A stretch of DNA of 64,000 nt, taken from positions 320,001 to 384,000 of the forward strand of contig CAWAUV010000009.1 of the NCBI GenBank assembly GCA_963785305.1, given 5' to 3'. Source of the DNA: an uncultured Planctomycetaceae bacterium (GTDB taxonomy: Bacteria; Planctomycetota; Planctomycetia; Pirellulales; PALSA-1355). The notes below the pieces were generated by a model. The model was not told the DNA's origin and searched no databases. It worked only from the letters and a program-made list of their open reading frames with translations. Shown one piece after another: positions 9,883 to 17,352 of this stretch. The translations under genes and the position numbers were made by a program. The first letter of the stretch is position 1, and each line of letters begins with the position of its first letter.

Positions 9883-10559
9883 CAGGGGTCCGTTTTCTTG
9901 GGACGGCCGCGGGGACGAAGCGTCGATTGCAATCCGAGGCGGTTGGCGATGGTCTGGCGCCACTCGGGATTGCCGAAGGGGCTGCCGCGAATGACCGCGC
10001 GCCGCACCGCGTCGAGTTCCGCTTCCGTCTCGGGTCGATTCACCAAGTCCGCCCAGTTCCGAGGACGCGGCAGCGGCCAACGCGCCAACAGCCTTTTCGC
10101 TTCGGCGTTGCCCGAAACGTGGCGCCACAGGCTGGACCAACGCCAGGCTTCCGCCCGCGCCACCAGACCGGCCCGCAAGGCGTTTCGTTCGACATATCGC
10201 GCAAGCGCATAGAAATGGTCGTCATCGTCGACGGGAAAAGCCTTGAAGCGACCTTGATATAAGTGCCCGGTCCCGGAGGTGTGGTGGCGCGCGTGCCAAC
10301 GCATCGTGTGCGTGTGGGCCAAGCAGCGCAAGAACGCCGTCAGTTGGCCTTCCTTGGTCGGCCGCAACACGAAATGCCAATGGTTCGGCATCACGCAGTA
10401 GGCCAGCAGGTCAACCGGAAACTTTTCCCAGGCCTCGCCCAACACGCGCTCGAAGGCCTCGTAATCCGCTTCCGTTTGAAACAGCGGCAAGCGGGCCACC
10501 GCGCGGTTTAGCGCATGGTAAATCAATCCCTTCGGCGCATGACGAGCAATCCGCGGCAT
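9882..10559 (-). CDS. RAYT/TnpA(REP)-like Y1 HUH transposase
   Basis: MPRIAR, YHALNR, AYCVMPNHWHFV (HUH), GHLYQGRFKAF, RYVERNALRAGL (catalytic Tyr), WRWSS; intact 225-aa frame. Confidence 0.92.
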   Translation of the reverse strand: MPRIARHAPKGLIYHALNRAVARLPLFQTEADYEAFERVLGEAWEKFPVDLLAYCVMPNHWHFVLRPTKEGQLTAFLRCLAHTHTMRWHARHHTSGTGHLYQGRFKAFPVDDDDHFYALARYVERNALRAGLVARAEAWRWSSLWRHVSGNAEAKRLLARWPLPRPRNWADLVNRPETEAELDAVRRAVIRGSPFGNPEWRQTIANRLGLQSTLRPRGRPKKTDP

Positions 10560-10565
10560 GCCCTA

Positions 10566-11796
10566 GTGCTCTGTCAGGTCTGGTATGAGGGATAGAGTGG
10601 CTTAAGTTTTACCCGGGCGTCGGCGGTGGTGAATCGCCAATCGATTTTGCTGCAATTCTGGTTGCGTTGCTGTTCCCAGGCCACCACTTCTCGGCTCAGT
10701 AGCGATTTGCTTTCGATGCGGCGGTCGAGGCATTGTCGCGAAAGCACGCTCAGTTCGGTCTCCGCCATGTTGAGCCAACTGCCGTGCTTGGGAGTGTAGT
10801 GAATCTCCAGCCGCGCGGCCAAGGCGCGGGCCGTCTCCGGATCAAAGGCTTCATACAAGCTGGCGATGCCGTGGGTATTCAGATTGTCCATGACCAGCAC
10901 CAGCACCGTTGCCTTGGCATACACGGTCAGTAGCAAGTAGCGAATGAATCGAGCCCAATCGGTGCGCAGTCCGTTGATCGGTGACTTGCACCGTGCGTTG
11001 GCCCGCCAGCGGTTCGACGGCCATAAAGATGTTCGCCGTGCCACGGCGTTCGTATTCACTGTCGAATTTGGCAACGTCTCCGGGACGCGGTGGCAGCGGA
11101 TCGCGGACTTCGGCCACCAACTGCTTGCTGCATTCATCCATGCAGACCATGGGCCGGCTGGGATCCTGGGGGCGATGGTACACTTCCAACACATCTTCCA
11201 TCGCGGCCACGAATTCAGCCGATGGCCCACTGGGCAGGCGCCAGCCCTTCTTCAACCACGGCTTAAGTTCGTTTTTTTGAGCGTTTGCCGCACGGTCTCG
11301 TAAGAGACGTGCTCCACGTAATCCAGCGTCACCATGCGATCCGCCAACAGCCGCAACGTCCAGCGTGCTCGGCCTTGCGGCGGAGCGCCGCAGGCCAAAG
11401 CCACCAAATGCGCCTCCGCCTTGCCATCAAGCAGAGGCTGGTAAACTCGCTTTCGAGGCGGGGGATCGACCGCGATTTCAAGTCCCTCTTCGACGAACCG
11501 TTTCCGCAGCCGCTCCACGGTGGCCCGCCCGCATCCCAACGCCTCGACAATCTCCGGATCGGATTTGGCAGGTCCGCCATCCGATTGATCCGCCAGCAAC
11601 AACATGCGAGCCCGATTCAACTTTTGCGCCGCGCCCTTGCCCGTCGAAACCAACTTCCGCAATCCCCGCCGCTCATCCTCCGTCAACGTCACCCGATAAA
11701 ACTTTTCCATGGCGCCCTCCTTGGCATCGGAACATCGATCTTTCAACCAACCACGCCTAAAGAGTACCATCCATCGTGCCGTTGCTGACAGAGCAC
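10566..11796 (-). mobile_element. IS630-family insertion sequence
   Basis: IR GTGCTCTGTCAG / CTGACAGAGCAC; duplicated TA (10564-10565, 11797-11798) within a CTAG target. Confidence 0.92.
10574..11710 (-). CDS. IS630 transposase (orfA/orfB joined at an A7 slippery site 11272-11278; extra indel near 10968)
   Basis: HTH orfA MEKFYRVTLT...WTLRLLAD; orfB VCMDE, LVMDNLNTH, HYTPKHGSWLNMAETE. Confidence 0.9.
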
Positions 11797-11797
11797 T

Positions 11798-11826
11798 AGC
11801 TTAAGCCGGGACGGCCCAAACGTCAA
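11798..11826 (-). promoter_or_regulatory. Sigma-70-like promoter of the RAYT gene, now separated from it by IS630
   Basis: Minus strand TTGACG-17 bp-TAAGCT; an intact duplicate at 11961-11989 lies 6 nt upstream of an ATG; the same layout occurs at 8722-8750. Confidence 0.6.
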
Positions 11827-11872
11827 TTTGACTCGCGTCCCCTTTTCCAGGCCGCGTCCCCTTTTCCAGGCC

Positions 11873-12008
11873 TGAAACAGCGGCAAGCGGACCACACCCG
11901 GTTTAGCGCATGGTAAATCAATCCCTTCGGCGCATGACGAGCAATCCGCAGCATGCCCCTAGCTTAAGCCGGGACGGCCCAAACGTCAATTCGACTCGCG
12001 TCCCCTTT
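11873..12008 (-). repeat. Partial duplication of the RAYT 5' end, promoter and right repeat 'B'
   Basis: 11873-11960 nearly matches 10477-10565; followed by a second ATTCGACTCGCGTCCCCTTT (11989-12008), the exact reverse complement of 9863-9882. First copy at 11826-11845 has 1 mismatch. Confidence 0.88.
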
Positions 12009-12303
12009 TCCAGGCCCCCTTTTCCAGGCCCCCTTTTCCAGGCCCCCTTTTCCAGGCCCCCTTTTCCAGGCCCCCTTTTCCAGGCCCCCTTTTCCAGGCC
12101 CCCTTTTCCAGGCCCCCTTTTCCAGGCCCCCTTTTCCAGGCCCCCTTTTCCAGGCCCCCTTTTCCAGGCCCCCTTTTCCAGGCCCCCTTTTCCAGGCCCC
12201 CTTTTCCAGGCCCCCTTTTCCAGGCCCCCTTTTCCAGGCCCCCTTTTCCAGGCCCCCTTTTCCAGGCCCCCTTTTCCAGGCCCGCGTCCCCTTTTCCAGG
12301 CCC
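12002..12303. repeat. Tandem array of a 14-bp unit (CCCCCTTTTCCAGG), 20 copies plus one longer variant
   Basis: TTTT recurs every 14 nt from 12006 to 12272; terminal variant CCCGCGTCCCCTTTTCCAGGCCC at 12281-12303. Confidence 0.95.
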
Positions 12304-12410
12304 GATATTTCCGCGGCGCGGCCTCACCGCGAGCTGCGCCACATGGGGCGCCGTCCCCAATCCTCTCCGGCTGGACATTGGCCGTTGCCCGAGCGGAACA
12401 AGGCGGCTCT

Positions 12411-13493
12411 TCAAAACAACCGCCGCTGGCCGGAGCGGTCGGCGGGCGGGCGAAACTGCTCGCTGTCGTAGGGCGGCATGCGACTGTCGAGCCGGTGTTT
12501 TTTGGCGAACGTGCGGAACACTCCCGCAATCTGTTCGGCCCGCTCGCCGGCGCCTGACATTCGTTCGCCGAATTGGGGGCTGCTCAGCGACCCCGCGCGA
12601 ACGGAGCGAATCGCGCTTTCGATGCGCGGTTGACTGTCGGGCCGGGTGCGGGCGAGCCATTCTTGAAACACAGGGAGCACCGCGCCGGGCAGTCGCAACA
12701 TCGTGTAACCGGCCCAATGGGCGCCGGCTTCGGCGGCGGCAGCGAGCAGCGCGGGGATTTCATGATCGTTGAGGCCCGGGATGATCGGCGCCGTCATCAC
12801 TCCGACCGGCACTCCCGCCGCCGCAAGCGCACTCACCGCTCGCAACCGGGCGACCGGCGAACTGGTGCGCGGCTCCATGACCCGGGCCAGCGCGGCGTCG
12901 AGTGTGGTGATGCTGATGTAGACGTGCGCGAGACGGGCCGCGGCGAGGGGCTCCAGTAGGTCGAGGTCCCGGGCCACGAGCGCGTTTTTCGTTATCACGC
13001 TGATCGGTTGGCGAGCTTCGAGCGCCACCGCGAGGCAACCGCGTGTGAGGCGAAACTCGCGCTCGATCGGCTGATAACAATCGGTCACGCCCGAGAAGGT
13101 GATCGGTTCGGCGCGCGAGCCGGGCCGGGCCAGAAACTCGCGAAAGAGTCGCGGGGCTTCGTGTTTGACGAAAATCTTGGTTTCGAAATCGAGGCCCGCC
13201 GAAAGGCCGAGATATTCATGCGTCGGCCGCGCATAGCAATAGCTGCAACCGTGGACGCAGCCGCGATAGGGGTTCACGCTGAACCGGAAAGGAACATCGG
13301 GGCTATCGTTCTCCGAGACAATCGACTGCGAAGCGTCGGGCAGATATTCGGTCCGCGGGCGATTCGCATCGGCAAGAAACTCGTCGTCGGTTTCGAGCTG
13401 CTCCCAATCGGTTTCGACGCCGGCGTTCGTGAATCGATTCGCCGGCTGGATATGCGACCCGCGACCCGTCGGGCCCGGCGAGGGAAGTGTCAT
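12411..13493 (-). CDS. PA0069-family radical SAM protein (spore photoproduct lyase-like)
   Basis: NPYRGCVHGCSYCYARPTHEYLG (CxxxCxxC), SGVTDCYQP, PIIPGLND. Confidence 0.9.
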   Translation of the reverse strand: MTLPSPGPTGRGSHIQPANRFTNAGVETDWEQLETDDEFLADANRPRTEYLPDASQSIVSENDSPDVPFRFSVNPYRGCVHGCSYCYARPTHEYLGLSAGLDFETKIFVKHEAPRLFREFLARPGSRAEPITFSGVTDCYQPIEREFRLTRGCLAVALEARQPISVITKNALVARDLDLLEPLAAARLAHVYISITTLDAALARVMEPRTSSPVARLRAVSALAAAGVPVGVMTAPIIPGLNDHEIPALLAAAAEAGAHWAGYTMLRLPGAVLPVFQEWLARTRPDSQPRIESAIRSVRAGSLSSPQFGERMSGAGERAEQIAGVFRTFAKKHRLDSRMPPYDSEQFRPPADRSGQRRLF

Positions 13494-13653
13494 GTGCGAC
13501 AGACGCTCAGCAATGCGGGTTGAAAAATGCCATTGTAGCATGATTCAACCTCGGCAAGCGCCGATCGCGGGATTTCGCGGCTCGCGGAGCAATGCGAGCC
13601 GCGAAACAAAGAGCGGCGCCGATGCAAATCGGCGGGGGCTTCGACACAAGCCG

Positions 13654-15927
13654 CTATTTCGCGGCTTCCTTGGCCAGCACTTCCACGGTGATTGGGTTCG
13701 TGGGATAGATGCAGCGAATGTTCTTCTTGTTGGCGCCGGGCTTTTCCTCGTAGGGCACTTGACCTTCCCCGTTGAGAATAAAGCTATAGACGCCTGGGGC
13801 AAGTTTGTCGGTGTTGAGCTGCATTTTAGCTTCGTTCGCGCCGGCCGCGGCTTTCACGATCGGCGCCGTGAGACCCGGCGGCAGCGGCATGCCCGCGGCG
13901 TTGAGCTGCACTTCGTTGGGCATATCGGCGCCGCGCCGCACGGAGATCGACAGGTCGAGCGGTTGCCCCTGCTGGATATGGAACTCGGCCGGGTTGACCG
14001 CCACCGCGAACGGAGCCTCGCCACGCACCGCCAGAAGAATACTTCGCGTCACGCGACTGATCGCGGGCGTGTTCGTGGTTTCCATCACCACCACGCCGCC
14101 GCGGGCCACTCGCTCGACCGGACCCGAGCCGAAATCGCTCACGCCCACGATTTCGATTTCGCTTTCACCGATCGGGGCGTCGGGCGCGGCTTCCAGCACG
14201 AGCGTGGCCCATTTGCCCTTGGGCCAGAGCGTGACCGGAGTGGCGGTGACGCCGGGCGGAAGCTTGCGAGCCGAGATCGTGATCGGCGCGTCGTGGCCCG
14301 AGAGGCGCCAAGCGAAGACATCGAGCCGCTCGCGACCGCCGCGCAGCACCACATGGCTGTCTTGCCGCGTTTCGTGCGTGGGCTGACAGACAAGTTGGAA
14401 ATCGGGCATGGGCGGAGTGAGCTCGAGTCGATAGACAAACTGCGGGCCGCCCTGGGCTTGGCCATAGAGATGCTCGACGCGGAGTTTATAGTCGCCATCT
14501 TCCGGCGGCTTGAATTCGTAGCGAATATCGCGCGAGCTGGTGGTGAAGCGAATCTGCCCGATGTTTTCGCCATCGTCGTTGGGGCTCGACTGCATGTCGC
14601 CCTTGGGCTTGAGAATCTCCATGTCGGGATCGACCGGCGAACCGAACCGCTGCGCTTGCACCGAAATCTCGATCGGCTCGTTCTTCTTGGCGGAGAACAC
14701 GAAATAATCGACATCTTTCACCGGGTTGCATTGGCCGGTGATCGCCACGGGCGGAACCAACCGCTGGGCTGTCTCGGAACTGTTGTTCGGCTCTTGCTCG
14801 ACACCCTCGGACACCGACGAGATCGTGAGCCGCCGGGCATTGGAGATTCCCGCTTCCGAGGGCAGCCGGAGCTCCAGGGCGTTGAGCAGCGAGGCTGGCG
14901 GACGCACCACTTCGCTCGCTTCGAGCAGGCCATGGGCAGTCGCCTCGGCCGGAACCGTTACCGAGTAGACCAGTTTTTCCAGGGGACAACCGCGAATGGC
15001 AAACTCACACTTCTCACCGCCGGGAAGATTGCGGCCATAGAGCGTCACCGGCGTGGTTTCGCCAAGCCGCACACCGGCCGGAATCGCGAAGTCGATCAGC
15101 GGGCCGACGCCGATCTTGAGCCGATATCCGTACTGCGCGCCGCCGTTGTACATGAAGTCGCTGAGCTTGAGAAAATAGTCGCCATCGGCCGGCACATCGA
15201 AGTCGATCAGCGGATCGTTCTTCTCGTCGCGGCTGTTGTCGTCTTGCGAGACCGCGAGTTGCTTGCCTTGGGCGTCGTAGAGAAACATGAAGCCGTCGAG
15301 GCGCGTGTCGATCCGCCAAGCCCAGCATTCGATGAGCACTCGCTGGCCCTTCTTGGCGCCGAACACGAACCAATCCACGTCTTCGCCGCCGCCGGCCGTG
15401 CCCGACATGATGCTGCCCACTTCGGCCCGATTGGCTTGGCCACGCTCGTTGTTGGGCTCTTTCTCATAAGCTTCCGGCAGGTCGCCGACGACAAAGCAGC
15501 GCGGGTTCGTAATACCGCCCTTGGCGATCACGCGCACATCATGCACTCCGACGCGCGCGTCGGCCGGCACGCTGATTTTGAAGCGCGGCTTATTGCCTTC
15601 GCCGGGCAATCGCTCGGCGGTGATGCCGGGCAGGCTGAAGTAGAGCCCCGTGACATCGACCAGTTCATTGCCTTCGAGCGTCACTTCGACAGCGGTTCCC
15701 TGGCGAGCGCCGGAGGGATACAGCGCCAAGAGTCGCGGCATCGGGAGCTCGGCGAACACGATCTCGCAGGCGGGACCGAGCAAGCCGAGCACGGCCCCGA
15801 GCGTTAGCCCCGCGAACCACGCTCGCGACGATCGGTCAGGCGCCGCGAGGCGGGCAACGACGCCGCGCTGACCGCGCTGGCGAGTACATGTGTGCGAACG
15901 AGCGAAACAGTTACGCCAAGATATCAT
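13654..15927 (-). CDS. Planctomycete PPC (pre-peptidase C-terminal) repeat protein
   Basis: YPSGARQGT, repeated E-x-EPNN...DVDWF/DVDYF and DGDY motifs; downstream of DUF1501. Confidence 0.8.
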   Translation of the reverse strand: MISWRNCFARSHTCTRQRGQRGVVARLAAPDRSSRAWFAGLTLGAVLGLLGPACEIVFAELPMPRLLALYPSGARQGTAVEVTLEGNELVDVTGLYFSLPGITAERLPGEGNKPRFKISVPADARVGVHDVRVIAKGGITNPRCFVVGDLPEAYEKEPNNERGQANRAEVGSIMSGTAGGGEDVDWFVFGAKKGQRVLIECWAWRIDTRLDGFMFLYDAQGKQLAVSQDDNSRDEKNDPLIDFDVPADGDYFLKLSDFMYNGGAQYGYRLKIGVGPLIDFAIPAGVRLGETTPVTLYGRNLPGGEKCEFAIRGCPLEKLVYSVTVPAEATAHGLLEASEVVRPPASLLNALELRLPSEAGISNARRLTISSVSEGVEQEPNNSSETAQRLVPPVAITGQCNPVKDVDYFVFSAKKNEPIEISVQAQRFGSPVDPDMEILKPKGDMQSSPNDDGENIGQIRFTTSSRDIRYEFKPPEDGDYKLRVEHLYGQAQGGPQFVYRLELTPPMPDFQLVCQPTHETRQDSHVVLRGGRERLDVFAWRLSGHDAPITISARKLPPGVTATPVTLWPKGKWATLVLEAAPDAPIGESEIEIVGVSDFGSGPVERVARGGVVVMETTNTPAISRVTRSILLAVRGEAPFAVAVNPAEFHIQQGQPLDLSISVRRGADMPNEVQLNAAGMPLPPGLTAPIVKAAAGANEAKMQLNTDKLAPGVYSFILNGEGQVPYEEKPGANKKNIRCIYPTNPITVEVLAKEAAK

Positions 15928-17241
15928 CGATCGGTTGTCCGAGGTTCAAGATTTCGACCGGGCGATTCGCGTCGTTCACATAGGCCTTGTGCCGGTTGAT
16001 GCCCAGCAGGTGGTACATCGTGGCGAGCACATCTTGCGGCGAGACCGGGCGGTCCTTGGGGAATTCGGCGTTGCTATCGCTTTCGCCCAGCACCACGCCG
16101 CGCTTGAGCCCGCCGCCGGCCATGACCACGCTGAACACATTCGACCAGTGGTCGCGGCCCGACTGCGGATTGATCCGCGGCGTGCGGCCGAATTCGCCCC
16201 ACACCAGGATCATGGTGTCGTCGAGCCGACCGCGTTCGTCGAGATCGTTGACCAGGGCCGAGAACATTTGATCGAAATTCGGCAGCTTGCCGTTTTTGAG
16301 CGACTCGAAATTATTGGCGTGCGTGTCCCAGCCGCCCTGATTGAGGGTAATGAATCGCACGCCCGACTCGATCAATCGCCGGGCCAGCAGAGCGCCCTGG
16401 CCCCAGGAGTTTCGCCCATAGCGATCGCGAGTGGCGGCGCTTTCGCGCGACAGATCAAAAGCGGCGCGCACGGCCGGCGAGGTGATCAAATCCCAGGCTT
16501 GTTGACCAAAACTATCCATGCCGGCCAAGAGGCCCGAGGAATCCACGTCGCGGCGAATGCGATCGAGCCGCTTGAGCATGTTCACGCGATGTTCGAGCTG
16601 GTCGATCGTGACGCCGCCCGGTGTTTGCAGATTTCGCACCCGGAAGCTGTCGCTATTCGGATCGCCGCCGGGCTCGAAGGGATTGTAAGCCACGCCCAGG
16701 TAACCGGCCGAGGCGCTCTTGGGCGCTTCGGGAATGGCGATGTAGGCCGGAAATCCGGGAGCGCGGGCGCCTTTTCCTTGCCGATGATGCTGCCATAGCA
16801 AGGGGCTTCTTGAGCCGGGATGTCGTTCGTCGGCTTGTAGCCGGTGAGCAAGGCGTGGGTTGCCGATTCGTGGCCCGAGTCGCCGTGCGTCACGCCGCGG
16901 AGCACGCAGATTTTGTCGCACGTGGTTTTGGCGATCAGCGGCATGTGCTCGCTAATGTGATAGCCGGGCACATTGGTCGAGATCGGGTTGAACGCGCCGC
17001 GAATCTCGCTCGGAGCGTCGGGCTTCAGGTCCCACATATCAAGCTGACTGGGCCCGCCGCCCTGCCAAATGAGAATCACGCTCGGATCGCGCTGCTTGCC
17101 GCCGGTTTCAGCGCGGGCGGCGCGCTGGCGGAGCAAGCTGTCGAGTCCCAGGCCGCCAAACGCCAAGCCGCCGACCTTCAGCATTTGACGCCGCGAAATC
17201 CGGTCGCACGAGCGATAGTTGGCGCCGAGAATGTCGATCAT
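15911..17241 (-). CDS. DUF1501 domain protein (frameshift near 16770)
   Basis: SRRQMLKVG, GGGPSQLDMWDLKP, GGWDTH, GEFGRTPRIN, GRDHW. Confidence 0.9.
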
Positions 17242-17352
17242 GGCGAAAATCCTTTCAAAAGACGAACGTGGGCGTCGCGATTCGCCGGGGGTTGGCTGTA
17301 TTTAGTCTTCCCCCGCGGTCTCCAAAATAGGAAGCGCGGGGCGAACAAGCGA

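Larger units (their letters stand above)
2043..12322. mobile_element. Accessory island bounded by an 18-bp direct repeat
   Basis: ATATTTCCGCGGCGCGGC occurs at 2043-2060 and 12305-12322; everything between is mobile elements or AT-richer orphan ORFs. Confidence 0.7.

Noticed and set aside
12002..12303. Possible CRISPR array
   Set aside because: Head-to-tail 14-bp units with no unique spacers, and no cas genes in the window.
11910..12717. Repetitive ORFs (PFSRPPFPGPLFQA / GPGKGGLEKGAWKR)
   Set aside because: These are translations of the stop-free 14-bp array; no evidence they are genes.
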